Notes: generated by a model from the sequence alone, not told the origin. A stretch of 63,239 nt of DNA, filler included, from Hyphochytrium catenoides (GCA_900088475.1; 6 parts of 6 records of this genome joined end to end with filler, not necessarily neighbours in it), one strand, 5' to 3'; shown: positions 12,232 to 24,515, counted from the first letter of the whole stretch. A program made the numbers and translations.

Positions 12232-14496
12232 ATGAGGGCCGCTCTTTCCCTCTTTGCTTTGATTCTTCTTTACTCTTCAGCTCCCTCGACACCAATCGTC
12301 TCGGCACAACTGACCGTGGACAATTTTCCTAAGGGAAAAGCCAATGGCTTTTATATGACTACTCCCCCACAGGCAGTCCTCACTGGTGATGCCTGCAAGC
12401 AGTATAAAGTTCCCACCGCAGCAGGATGGCAGGAGATTGCTGCCAAGATCAAGTCCTTTCTTGAGCTCAAGGATTTGAAGTCGGGTCCCCAGCAAATTGA
12501 TGCCAGGCGCTTTGCTGCCATCTTCATCCGCGCCGCCTTCCATGACGCAGGCACCAGAGGCCCGAAATCTCTTATCCCGCCGCCCTTGAACGCCACTTCA
12601 TCGCCCACTCCTCAGAGCAGCAGCACCACCCCGGAAACTCGACCTACAGAAGCTGTTCCCACGCCCTCCCCAACTGAACCTGCCACCACCGCGCCACCAA
12701 GTGAGTCCGCGCCAACTCCATCACCAAGTGAGCCTGCCACCACTGCGCCACCAAGTGAGTCCGCCCCAACTCCATCACCAACTGAACCTGCCACCACTGC
12801 GCCACCAAGTGAGTCCGCCCCAACTCCATCACCAAGTGACGTGAGCTCTGGCTCCGGAGAGGCTGAGTCCAGAACAGCACAAGGACACGCTCTAAGTTTG
12901 GGGACTCGATCGGTTAACATATCTCCAGCCTCCGAAGAAATTCTGCAAGTTGACGGATCTTCCGCCCCTTCTCCGACTCCAGCTTCTTCAGCAGAGACGG
13001 CGCCAGCTACCTCCTCTCCAACGCCCGCAGCCGCCGAAGTCGAGCCCTTGGCCACTCCTCTTCCAACTCCAGCAGCTACACCTGGTGAGACGGCACCTGA
13101 TACCTCCTCTCCAACGCCAGCAGCTACTCCTGCGGAGACGGCACCTGATACCTCCTCTCCAACGCCAGCAGCTACTCCGGCGGAGACGGCACCTGATACC
13201 TCCTCTCCAACGCCAGCAGCTACTCCGGCGGAGACGGCGCCTGATACCTCCTCTCCAACGCCAGCAGCTACTCCGGCGGAGACGGCGCCTGATGCCTCCT
13301 CTCCAACGCCAGCAGGTGCAGAAGAGGAGCCCTTGGTAGCCCCTTCTCCAACACCAGCAGCTACCCTAGAGGAGACCGCTTCCGAAACCATCATCACTTC
13401 AGAATCTCAGTCTGGCGCTGCAGGTCTTACTCTTTCTTCCTCTGCCAATAACGGTGTCGACCAGGAGCTAGGGTCCGTCAGTGGAGACGCCCCGATCAGT
13501 GTCGAGGAAGGCCAGAGCACAATCACGACCCGAAGGGCACTGAGGTCGGAAAGAAGACTTGGAGTCCGAGCTCTTCAGTCACAAGCGTCTGACCCTACAC
13601 CTGTCCCCTCGCTCTCTGCTACCACGACGACCTCTAGTCCTACGCCTGTTCCACTAAGCACTGCCTCACAACCTACCCCGGCTTCCCTTGGAAGTGCATC
13701 CAATCCTACGCCAGCGCCTACACCATCTACCTTGTCGAGCGCGACCGCCCTGGTAGGGGGAGCAGACGGCTCTCTAGTGTTCTCTCCAGAGGAAGCAGCC
13801 TTCCTCGGCAATGAAATGCCGTTTCCCTTCGTTCCTTACGTTCGCGGGGCTTTGATCGACATCGTGGAGGAGTTTGGCATCTCCTGGGCGGATGCTATTG
13901 CAGTCGCAGGCGCAGTGGCGTCGAACTTCTTCAACAAAGACAATCCTAAGAGTTTCCAACTCGATGTCGGCCGTTGCGATAACCCTGCCACCAATCCTGC
14001 CTTTGCTCTCCCCTTACCATGGTCTTCCCTTACCGAGCTTATAGGCTACTTCAGGAGCGTGGGACTCGGCATACGTGAGGGCGCTGCCTTGTTGGGCTCC
14101 CACGTCCTGATGAAGGACAATGGCAGAGCTGGACCGGACAACTTCAGGACGGCTCCCGAAGGAGAAGCTGGTCCTCAGATGTACAAATGGACGAACAAGT
14201 ACTATACGGACGGGATGGCGGGCACCATGACGCTCTCCGGCCAGTTTTTGGAGACGAAGGTGGAATGGACGGCGTCGGACAAGTGGCATTACACGCCCAA
14301 CGATGCGTTGGTCTCTTACGCCATGACGAGGAAGACGCCTGAACCGGATGCCCAGAATTGGGCGGTGTCGATGAGGTTCTTCGCGATGGATCCTCAGGGT
14401 TGGATCAACGTTTACTTCAACGCCTATCGCAGGATGACCAACATTGGCGCGCGCTATCTGCCAGGAAAGCGGACGCTTATCTCGATATCAGCATAA
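12232..14496 (+). CDS. Secreted non-animal heme peroxidase (peroxidase-catalase superfamily) with an internal Pro/Ser/Thr-rich mucin-like insertion
   Basis: Single 754-aa ORF with a hydrophobic signal peptide (MRAALSLFALILLYSSA). Motifs in order: distal FIRAAFHDAGT, GGADGS, GISWADAIAVAGAVA, VGRCD, proximal His in ALLGSHVL, WTNKYY, TPNDAL, AYRRMTNIG. Confidence 0.88.
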   Translation: MRAALSLFALILLYSSAPSTPIVSAQLTVDNFPKGKANGFYMTTPPQAVLTGDACKQYKVPTAAGWQEIAAKIKSFLELKDLKSGPQQIDARRFAAIFIRAAFHDAGTRGPKSLIPPPLNATSSPTPQSSSTTPETRPTEAVPTPSPTEPATTAPPSESAPTPSPSEPATTAPPSESAPTPSPTEPATTAPPSESAPTPSPSDVSSGSGEAESRTAQGHALSLGTRSVNISPASEEILQVDGSSAPSPTPASSAETAPATSSPTPAAAEVEPLATPLPTPAATPGETAPDTSSPTPAATPAETAPDTSSPTPAATPAETAPDTSSPTPAATPAETAPDTSSPTPAATPAETAPDASSPTPAGAEEEPLVAPSPTPAATLEETASETIITSESQSGAAGLTLSSSANNGVDQELGSVSGDAPISVEEGQSTITTRRALRSERRLGVRALQSQASDPTPVPSLSATTTTSSPTPVPLSTASQPTPASLGSASNPTPAPTPSTLSSATALVGGADGSLVFSPEEAAFLGNEMPFPFVPYVRGALIDIVEEFGISWADAIAVAGAVASNFFNKDNPKSFQLDVGRCDNPATNPAFALPLPWSSLTELIGYFRSVGLGIREGAALLGSHVLMKDNGRAGPDNFRTAPEGEAGPQMYKWTNKYYTDGMAGTMTLSGQFLETKVEWTASDKWHYTPNDALVSYAMTRKTPEPDAQNWAVSMRFFAMDPQGWINVYFNAYRRMTNIGARYLPGKRTLISISA
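12655..12838 (+). repeat. Coding tandem repeat, 54-nt (18-aa) unit PTPSP(T/S)EPATTAPPSESA, ~3.3 copies
   Basis: Repeated actgaacctgccaccactgcgccaccaagtgagtccgcccc units, in frame. Confidence 0.9.
13060..13316 (+). repeat. Coding tandem repeat, 48-nt (16-aa) unit TPAETAPDTSSPTPAA, ~5 copies
   Basis: Repeated gagacggcacctgatacctcctctccaacgccagcagctactcc units, in frame. Confidence 0.9.
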
Positions 14497-14606
14497 TAAC
14501 CACCGACCCGGTCCACCCGCATGAGGAGAGGAGAGAAAGGCTTGCTTGAGAGTAGTAAACAAAGCTTCTTCCGCGAGAAGCTCTCTCTCTCTCTCTCTCT
14601 CTGTCT

Positions 14607-14640
<34 letters not shown>

Positions 14641-14980
14641 GTCTTCTCTCTCTCTCTTCTTTTCAAGGCCGTCTGCTTCCTTCTCTTCCTTTTTTTTTTC
14701 TTTACTGTTTTATTCATTTTTTATCTCAGCTACCACCCAAGAAAGAGGGGGATTGAACACTGTAAAACTTGCCCTAGCTTTTTATAAGGTATAGTTTAAT
14801 TCTTTTATTACAATCAATAACGTTTTTTGTAGAACATTTTATAAATTAATGTGGACTGCCCTTGTCCCCCTCTCTCTCTTCCTCGTACGGCAGAGAGAGC
14901 AGAGAGAGAGAGAGAGTGAAAGACAGAGATCCTTCCAAAGCTTTCGTCTGACTGTTGTGGGCTGCGGAGAGAGAGAGGAG

Positions 14981-15192
14981 ATATAGCTATTCTCTCTCTC
15001 TCTTGGTGATCTTACTTTCTCTCCATTGCGTTCAAGGAAAGAAAGAGAGACGAAGGACATGCAATAGCTATTCTCTCTCTCTCTCCCTTGCTGATCTTAG
15101 TTTCTCTCCATTGCGTTCAAAGAAAGAAAGAGAGACGAAAGGACATGCAATAGCTATTCTCTCTCTTTCTCTCTTGGTGATCTTAGTTTCTC
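14981..15192. repeat. ~85-bp tandem repeat, ~2.5 copies, between the convergent peroxidase and CPS 3' ends
   Basis: Repeated atagctattctctctct...gatctta..ttctctccattgcgttcaa..gaaagagagacgaa.ggacatgca. Confidence 0.8.
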
Positions 15193-15348
15193 GACGAAAG
15201 AGAATTTGGAAAATAAAGTCTCCTTTTATTGTCAACGACTCGCCTTGGCCTCCCCGAATGTCTTTCTTTGTCTATCTGTTAAGAGAATGAGGGACAAACG
15301 GAACATCCGGAGAGAAAGAGAGAAGAAGAGGAAAGGAAGACGAGGTGC

Positions 15349-15936
15349 TCAATGGAACTCATTAGCGCTGGTCCATGCTTCCTTCGCGCGATCTTCCTTA
15401 TCATAGTAGTCAAAGAGATTGTCCGCATCCAGCGCCGGCATATCTAGAGAGAGAGAGAGAGAAAGAGAGCGGACAACCTTTAGTCAACGCGCTAGATGAG
15501 AAAGAAGAAAGTAGAAAAAGACCCAGCGCCTGCATATCTAGAGAGTGGAGATGGGGGACGTCAACAGAGGAGAGAGAAAGTAGAAAAAGAGGGCAAGCCG
15601 ACCCCACAATCGAGGACGGAAAATGTTCGCAGAGTCGACTGCAGACGATTGAGTGAGACCAGAAATAGAGCTAGAGAGAGAGAGAGAGATCGGCACAGGC
15701 TCATATGGAGTAGTTCTAATGTTTGAAGAGAGAGATTAACAGACGCGACCAGATCTAGATAGTGAGACAGAGAAAAGAAAGAAAGAAAGAGAAAATCCTT
15801 TTCTTACCCTTGCTCCTCTGTGCTGCAATGGATTCTACGAAGAGCTTGACGAGACTGATGTTGGTCAGAAGAGGAATGTTGAAGTCCGCGGCAGCACGAC
15901 GGATGAGATAGTTGTTCTCCAACTGCTGGCTCTCCT

Positions 15937-15986
<50 letters not shown>

Positions 15987-16142
15987 GGTGAAGAAGAGAA
16001 GGGTGAGATTATTGGCCCTAAGTAAAACATAGGAAGAGCAATAGATAGGAACCGCAGAAAAAAGAACATGGCTCTGGAGCCTCACAGTGTAAAAGGGAAA
16101 GGGAGGGCAGAGAGTGGACGAGGGGAGACAGAGCGGCTTCTT

Positions 16143-16188
<46 letters not shown>

Positions 16189-16733
16189 GCCGTCCCACCT
16201 GGTTAGGGAGGTTAATGACGAGTTCAATCTTCTTTTCCTGAATCAATGACACCGCATTTGGCGCTCCTCCGTCCTCTCCCTTCTCCGCATCGAGAGGGAA
16301 AGAGACGAGCGTGGAAGGCACGTCATACTGAGAGAGAAACTCATGTGTCTTCTTCGTGGCATAGAGAGAGTATCCCAGCTCCACCAGCTTGTGAGCTGCG
16401 TGTACGAAGTCAGCAGAGAATTTCTCCTGCATGGAGAGAAGAATGTTCTGCTTCGGGATGCGGAAGTTGGCAGAAAGCATGGCTTTGAGAAAGGCTTCGT
16501 GCTTGTCCTATTGGCGAGGCGAGGGAGAGAGAAAGAGAGAGAGAAAGAGGAAGAAAGAAAGGTTAGCATAGAAGTAGCAAGGTGAAGTGAGCCTTACAAA
16601 TTGCAAAGACAGCAGAATAAAGTGCAGTGGGGAGCAGACGATAGGAGAGGCAAGCCCAGGAGCGAAAAGTAGGAAAGAAGGTAAAAATATGAAGGGAAAC
16701 CAAAAACGGGAAAGAGACCTTTCAAATAAAAGG

Positions 16734-16777
<44 letters not shown>

Positions 16778-19700
16778 GCCGTAGAGATTGATCCACCTTT
16801 CCAAAGCATGCGACCTCTCCCGTACTGGCCATCTCCACGCCCAGCATCGGGTCCGCTCCTCGCAGTCTCATATAAGAAAACATCGGGGCTTTCACGCCTA
16901 CATAATTGACAGGCCGACGAGAAGAAGAGAGAGATGGGAGATTGTCTCTCCCTGTGTCTTCTCCTACCATCGCCTTGGTTGCCGCCTCTATAAAGTCAGC
17001 ACCCACGGTCTTGGAGACGAAAGGAAAGGACCGAGAGGCGCGAAGGTTTGTCTCGATAATGAGAACATCCGCGCCTTTCGCGAGGAACTGAGCGTTGAAA
17101 GGGCCCGTGATGTTCAGCGCTTTCGCTACCTTCGCGGCTGGGGAAGGGGGAAGAGAAAGAGAGAGGACAAAAGTGAGGAATTCCGCAAAGTGTTGGCCGG
17201 AGCTGCTCTTTTGTTTTCTCTTTTCCTCCCAGACTCTCTCTCCCATCTTCGCCTTCGTCTAAGAAGATATACTGGCCCACTATGGAAAACTTTGAGCACA
17301 AGCAAAGCTCTTTGTCTCTCACTCTCTCTCTTGTTCTCTCCTCTTACCAGCCTTCTTGATATGGTGTTCATAGTAAGAAGACGTGTCCTGCACAGGGAGA
17401 ACGAGCGTGGCGTCTCCTGAGTGGACGCCTGCATTCTCTACGTGCTCGCTGATGGCATGAGCAATGATCTCTCCGTTCAGTGCCACGGCGTCCAGCTCAA
17501 TCTCTCGCGCACCGTCAATGAACTTGGAGATAACCACGGGATGGTCGCCTGACACCTAGTAGGAAAAAAGAAAGAGAGAAAGAGAGAGAAAGCGTAGGGA
17601 AAGAGAGCAAAGAAAAGATGTCCGTGAGAAGGCCAAGATAATGGATGCCGAAGACAGTAGAATGTCGAGGAGGTCAAGATCGTGCTCAATAATGAGAGCC
17701 TCTTTGCTCAGGACGAGTAGAAAGGAGAACGGAGATAATGGGAAAGAGCCAAAAGACATAGAGAGCACGAAGATGTGGAACTTGTCGTCTTACCTCTCCA
17801 GCCTCAACCAAGAAAGAGGCAAGCTTTTCCTTGTCATAGACCACGTTCATCGCCGCGCCACTGAGGACATACGACGGCCTCACAAGGACAGGGAAGCCCA
17901 CAGAAGAGGCAAACTCTTCTGCCTCTTTCAGGCTTGTCAGCTCCCTCCACGCGGGCTGCTTGACCCCGATCTGGTCCATTAACTTAGAGAACTTTTGACG
18001 GTCTTCCGCCGTGTCAATGGACGTGGGAGACGTGCCCAGAATCCTCACGCCTGCGCGATGAAGAGGCAGAGCCAGGTTGTTTGGAATCTGACCGCCCACC
18101 GAGACGACGACGCCCTTGACGCCTTCTCTGTCGTAGATGTCCAGGACGCGCTCGCGTGAGAGTTCTTCGAAATAAAGCTGGTCACATTCATCATAGTCCG
18201 TGCTGACCGTCTCGGGGTTATAGTTGGCCATGACAGTCCTGAATCCTAGCTTCCTAAGCGTTCGGATGCAAGATACGGCGCACCAGTCAAACTCCACGGA
18301 GGAGCCGATGCGATAGGCGCCAGAGCCGAGGACCATCACGCCGTTCTCTTCTCCTTCCATCGTAGGGACGTCATCCTCGCTAGAGAGAGAGAGACAGAGA
18401 GAGAGAGAAGAGAGAAAGTGAGAGAGAGAGAAAGATTAGTGCTAGAGTCAGTGACAGATGGTATCGGAAGAGAACTAGTGCAGGAAGGAAGGAGAGCCTT
18501 GAAGACCCACTTTGAGGAGAAGAGACAGAAACTAAGAGAGAAGAGAGGGAAATAGAGGCGGAAGAATAGAGGGGGGAAGAGGTAGGGAGACAAGAGAGAA
18601 GTAACAGAAAGAGAAGGACGAGAGAGAGAGAGAAAAGAAAGAGAGAGACTGACCTTCCGTGGTACGTGGCATACAGATAGTTCGTCTGTGCAGGATACTC
18701 GGCGGCCAGAGTGTCGATCTGCTTGACCTTAGGGAAGAGGCCAAGACTTTTTCTCTTCTCTCGCACATCGTCCTCTCCCACACCCAGTCTCTCCGCGATC
18801 TGGAGGTCAGAGAAGCCGAGCTGCTTGGCCCTTAGAAGGATCTCAGGGGAGAGACTAGAGAGAGAATAGTTGGCAAGGTTCACGTCAAAGTCCGCGATAG
18901 CCTGTGCAATTCCACGGAGAGAGAGAGAGAGATGGATTAGGCTGACGAAAACGTCACCAATCTAGGGTTATGCTACAGAAGACATGACGAGAGAAGATAG
19001 GAAGGAGAAATGCTAGCGGAGAACAGACACCAGGGACCCTGGACCTCAGAGGGGAAGGAATACACATAGGTTGTGTGAGAGAGAGGAGAGAGAAAGAGAG
19101 AGGAGAGAGAGGCAGATTCGTGATCGCAAAAAGAGAAGAAATGGCGATTGGTCCTACAAAGAAAGGCAATAATCAAGGGAAGAGATAGTGAGGAAGAGAG
19201 AGACTCTGACAAGAAGAAGGGACCCAGGAGAGAGAGAGAGAGAGAGAACAAGAGAAAGAGTTTACCTGGAGTCTGTCGAGGAACCAAGTGTCAATCTTCG
19301 TAATGTCGTGCATCTCATCCACGGAGACAGCGCCTGACTTTAGAGCGTGCGCGATCGCATAGATCCGCTTGTCATTCGGGACACGAAGGGAGCGCTCCAG
19401 ACCAGCAGCGTCCTCGCCCCAGAAGCTCCTCTTCCTGAAAAGAGAGAGAGAGAGAAAGAAAGGAGAACGATAGATAAGAGAAGCGAATTGAGCACGTCTT
19501 CCCTCCTGCCACTGACTATCAATCTCTTCTTTCTCCCACTCTCTCTTTCTCTCACTCTCTCTTCCCTCTCGTCCGCTTCTCTTCACTCCACATTCACGCT
19601 TAGGCGCCATTTTAAAAAAATTCTCTTCCTCGTCTTCTCTTTCTCTCTCTCACCTCGGCTCGAAGCCCTTGATGGCTGGGTCCACCATCCTAAGCGCCTT

Positions 19701-22137
19701 CTGCATTACTTCCTCGAAGGTCCTGCCGATGGCCATCACCTCGCCCACACTCTTCATCGCACTGCCAATCTCCGTGCTTGCATTCTCAAACTTGCTGTTA
19801 GAGAGAGAGGGACAGGTGAGAAAGAGGAGAGAGAGACAGATGGGAAAAGGAGAGAGAGAGCGACAGAAGAGAAAGAAGAGAGAGAGAGGGAGGTGACAGA
19901 CCATTCCCAACAGGAAGAACGAACAAGGAAAGGGAAAGAAGAGAGTTCGTGCCGGAGAGAGAGAGAGAGAGAGAAGAAGATGGGGAGAGGACAGAGGGCA
20001 GTCACCTGAGGTCCCATCTTGGGATCTTGGCCACGACATAGTCAAGGGAAGGCTCAAAGCAGGCGGTGGTCACCTTCGTGACAGAGTTACGCAGCTCTGG
20101 CAGCGTCTTTCCCAAGGCAAGCTTGGCAGCCACAAAGGCAAGAGGATAACCTTTAGGAGAGAGAGAGAGAGAGAGAAGACAGGGTTATAAAGGCATCATG
20201 TTGAAAGGAGAACACGAAGGAAAAAAGAGAGACAGAGAGAGAGAGAGAAACCATAGGGGTGCGTCTAGGTAATAAAGAAAGCACCATCGTCAGCGAAACA
20301 GAAACAACTGAGTAAGGCAAGCTAGAGTCGAGAAACACAAAGAAAGAAAGAAAGAGAGAGAGACGGAGAGAGAGAGAAAGGACTGTCCCAAAAGACTGAC
20401 GCTGTCTCCGTAATGCAAAGAGAGATACAAAGAAAATTGATTGAGAGATAAGGAAAGCAAGCGTCAAATGTCCTTGGCTTCTCTCTCTTTCTTCCCCTTT
20501 CGAGCCTCTCCCTCTCTCTTCTTACCTGTCGCCTTGGACGCCAGCGCTGAGGACCTAGAGAGCCTGGCATTGACTTCAATAATGCAATAATCTTCAGAAT
20601 GCGGATCCAGCGCGTACTGGATGTTACACTCTCCGACAATGCCCAGATGCCTGACAACGGACAGCGCAGTCTGTCTGAGCATGTGATACTCTTTGTTGGA
20701 CAGCGTCTGCGATGGCGCAATGACAATGGAGTCGCCTGTGTGCACGCCCAGCGGGTCAAAGTTCTCCATGTTGCAGACAGTGATGCAGTTATTCTGCGCA
20801 TCCCGGACAACCTCGTACTCGACCTCTTTCCAGCCTTTCAAGCTCTTCTCAACCAGAATCTGCGGAGAGACTGCGAAGGCCTTCTTTGCCATAGAGATGA
20901 GGTGCTCGCGGTCTTCGCAGATACCAGAGCCTAGGCCTCCGAGGGCAAAGGCAGAGCGTATCATGCAGGGATAACCGATTTTGTCGGCGGCATCGAGCGC
21001 GTCTTCTAAGGTGTTGACAGCGATGGAAGGCGCCAGTTTCTCGTTGATTTCCATGAGTTTCTGTGCGAAGATGTCGCGATCTTCTGTGGCTTCCACGACG
21101 GAGATTGGGGTACCAAGGACCTGGGGGAAAGGGCGAGAGTGGAAAGGAGAGAAAGCAAAACATTAGAGAGAGAGACACACACACAGAAAGGGAGAGAGAG
21201 AGTAATCGGCGTAAGCACATAGGATAGGAGAAGGGGAGAGAGGGAGAGGATATTGTGACAGACAGAGGGATGGAAAGACATCAAAAAGAAGGAAGAAGGA
21301 GATAGGGACAGAAAGAGAGAGAAACGGAGCGGAAGGGAAAGTCCATCCACCGACCTGAACTCCATATTTCTCAAAGACTCCTGAGTGCTCCAACTCCACG
21401 CCACAGTTCAGCGCTGTCTGGCCGCCCATGGAGATGACAATGCCATCCGGACGCTCTCTTGCAATAACGTGCTGAAGAAAAGAGAAGGTACGGTGGCGAA
21501 AGAGAGAGTATTACATTGACTGAGCGACTAGTTGTTGCAAGGTGAGGGGGTAAATCATACATAAGGGAGAGAAGAACAAGCTAGAGCAAGAGAGAGAGAG
21601 ACGACAAGAAAACATTTAAGAGTGAGAATCCAGAAAAAGAGAAAGACGAGAAGAAAGAGGCATTCGAAATTGAGGAAAGAGAGAGAGAAAGAGAGAGAGA
21701 AGAGAGAGAGGGAAGAGAGAGAGAACATAGCGGAAGCTGTCCTACCTCGACAAACTCCTTGTTAACCGGTAAATAGTAGACATTATCCGCCTGAGCCGGA
21801 CTACCTTTCTCTACATTCGTCTGCACCGACGCTATATTCGGGTTGATCAGCACCACCTCCAGGCCTTCCTCCTTCAGCGCCTTGATGGCCTGCGAGCCAG
21901 AGTAGTCGAACTCTCCTGCTTGGCCGATAGACAGACCACCAGAGCCAAGAACAAGGACTTTGGAGACTTTGGGCTTGTTAAATTCGGTCCTTTTGAAGCT
22001 GCTAATCGCGGTTTTCTGTTTCTTTTTGGCGGCATCCACGAAAATATCGAAGAGAAATTCGGTATCCGTGGGCCCTCCCATGTGCTCTGGGTGGAACTGC
22101 GCAGTGAAGAAAGGCTTGGACTTATGGATGATTCCTA

Positions 22138-22212
<75 letters not shown>

Positions 22213-23170
22213 AGGCATGTGAGAGAGGAGAAGGAAGAATAGATCAGAGGGATAAAGAAAGTAGAGGAGAGAGCAGGAAAATATGCATATCAGGACTCCC
22301 TACCCAAAAAATAGGAGAGACGGACAACGGAACGACAGACAGAACAGTGAGAGAGAGAGACATAGAAGAGAAAGAGGACTCCCACTAAGAGAGAGTAAAC
22401 ACAATCAACAAAGATCAACACTTTCTTTACTAGCTCCTTGTCTCTCCCGGCTTCTAAACCCCAAGCCACCTCTTCTTCTCCGCCGTGTCTCTCTCTCTCT
22501 CTGTCCGTCTCTCTCGTCTGTTCTCTCTCTCTCTCTCTCATGAATTTCTGTGGCCTATCTCTTACCTTCATTAGTAAAGTCATTGCCATTGACAAAAAGC
22601 TCTTGCCAGTCTTCCGGCAGCTTCTTCCCATCGAGTGCATAGCCATGGTTCTGGCTGGTAATATAGCACTGATCTGTTAGAACATTAACCACCGGCTGAT
22701 TGTGACCGCGATTGCCAAACTTGAGCTTGTACGTGTCCGCGCCGACGGCTCGTCCAATCAGTTGATTGCCCAGGCAGATACCGAAGACAGGCTTTAGCTT
22801 GTCTCCCTCTGCGGCGAGGACTCTCTTGATGTTATCTACGGTCTCAGAGCAGAGCGCAGGGTCGCCTGGGCCGTTAGAGATGAAGACGCCATCGTACCAG
22901 CCAACGTCCTGGATGATGGGATAGTTCCAAGGGACGACTTTGACCTGATAGAGGAAAAAAGAGAGAGATTAGCGAGTTAGTCAGGCGTGCAGAGAGAGAA
23001 GAAGGTTAGAGATGAGCGCTAGAGTGGAACAAGAAAGAGGATAACTGGAAAGAGATCTGCAGCGGCAGAGAGAAAAGGATTAAATAATGCGCGGGAATGC
23101 TTACCCGCTATTAGAATCGTAACAGACAGAGGCAGAACCAAGAGAGAAAGAGAGAGGAGAAACAGATGAA

Positions 23171-23205
<35 letters not shown>

Positions 23206-23986
23206 CGGTACCTCAGCTCCCCTGTCAACCAGGCCTCTGATCATGTTATACTTCATCCCGCAATCCACAGCCAAGATCTTCACAGGGTTGCCCTTTCCAT
23301 AAAACTTCACTTCCTTCGTGGACACTTCCTCGACCAAATGGCGCTTGTTCGGGTCCGAAAGAGAAGGAGTCTCTCCGTCTTCCACGAGGATACGGCCCAA
23401 CATCGCGCCTCTGTCTCGAATTTTCTTCGTGATAAGCCGTGTGTCAATGCCTGAGATGCCAGGAACGCCTTCATGCTGAAGCCATTCCGAGAGAGACATC
23501 TTGGCATTCCAGTGACTATAGTGGGCGGAATAGTCTGAGACACAAAGAGAGAGAGAGACTCTGGTTAGAATGGTGCACGATGAGTCAATAGGATGAAGGC
23601 GTGTGGTTGAAAGGAGATGGAAGATGAGGAATCACACCTCATAGCACAACTTTCTCTCTCTCTCTCTTCCTCCAATCGGCCACATAAGGTTCTGTCTCTT
23701 TCTATCATTCTCTCGCGCTAGAAAAGACGCTCTTTCTGGCCCCTACTCTCCTCACTCTTCTCTCTCTCTCTCTCTCTCTTACCCTGGCAGATGACTCCAG
23801 CCGCATGGATACGATTGGACTCCAGGTACTTGTTCAGTCCATACGCGTCCTTGGCATGAATGTCCGGCACGCCATAGTTCCCAATCATAGGGAAAGTGAG
23901 GTTTAGGATCTGCCCTTGGAATGACGGATCTGTCAAACTTTCAGGATAGCCAACCATAGCGGTCGTGAAGACAACCTACAGAGAGG

Positions 23987-24032
<46 letters not shown>

Positions 24033-24515
24033 AAGAGAGGAGGGAAAGGATGCAGATATGGGAAGAGAAGGGATAAACCGGAGAAATAGAGGAAATAGAG
24101 TTAGTTCGCCTTTTTATCTCTTCCCGACCACTCTTGATATCTCTCTCTCTCGCTCTCTTCCGCCGTAATCCTCTTTATCTAAGCAAGGAAAGATACTCAT
24201 TGCAGGAGATCGAAGGACAGGAAAGAGTAAAAGGGAAGAAGCTATGATTGGCTATTCTCGCTGATCTCTCTCTCTGTGTCAGTTCCCGCCCCACATAGAA
24301 AATCTTTCTCTCACCTCGCCAGAGGTTGATCTGTCCGCGCCAAAGGAAAGTCCTTCCAGCTTCGTGCCATCCTCAAGCTCCAGAACAGCCCTCTTGGTGA
24401 ACTTTGGAGCCTTCGTACGGTCAACGAAAGTGGAAAAGAGATTCTGGCACACGGCCGTTGGGGACTTTGGACGCCCCAGAGAGGACGGGGAGACGATCTT
24501 TCGAAGCTTCAACAT
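15349..24515 (-). CDS. CPS1: Fused carbamoyl-phosphate synthetase (glutaminase + synthetase + MGS-like domain), urea-cycle/arginine type (CPS I/III-like), with a probable mitochondrial presequence; ~17 exons
   Basis: Start [19 protein letters not shown] (basic, Ser-rich presequence). Small-subunit motifs: [52 protein letters not shown]. Large-subunit motifs: [117 protein letters not shown]. Allosteric domain [15 protein letters not shown]. Last exon 15349-15443 ends [10 protein letters not shown]. Introns are GT-AG. No DHOase or ATCase follows, so this is not CAD. Confidence 0.95.

Noticed and set aside
13060-13316. Regularly spaced repeats resembling a CRISPR array
   Set aside because: No unique spacers; these are in-frame coding repeats in a eukaryotic gene, and there are no cas genes.
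12612-13397. 261-aa Gly/Ala/Val-rich minus-strand ORF and the Q/R-rich alternative-frame ORF at 12950
   Set aside because: Shadows of the peroxidase coding repeats.
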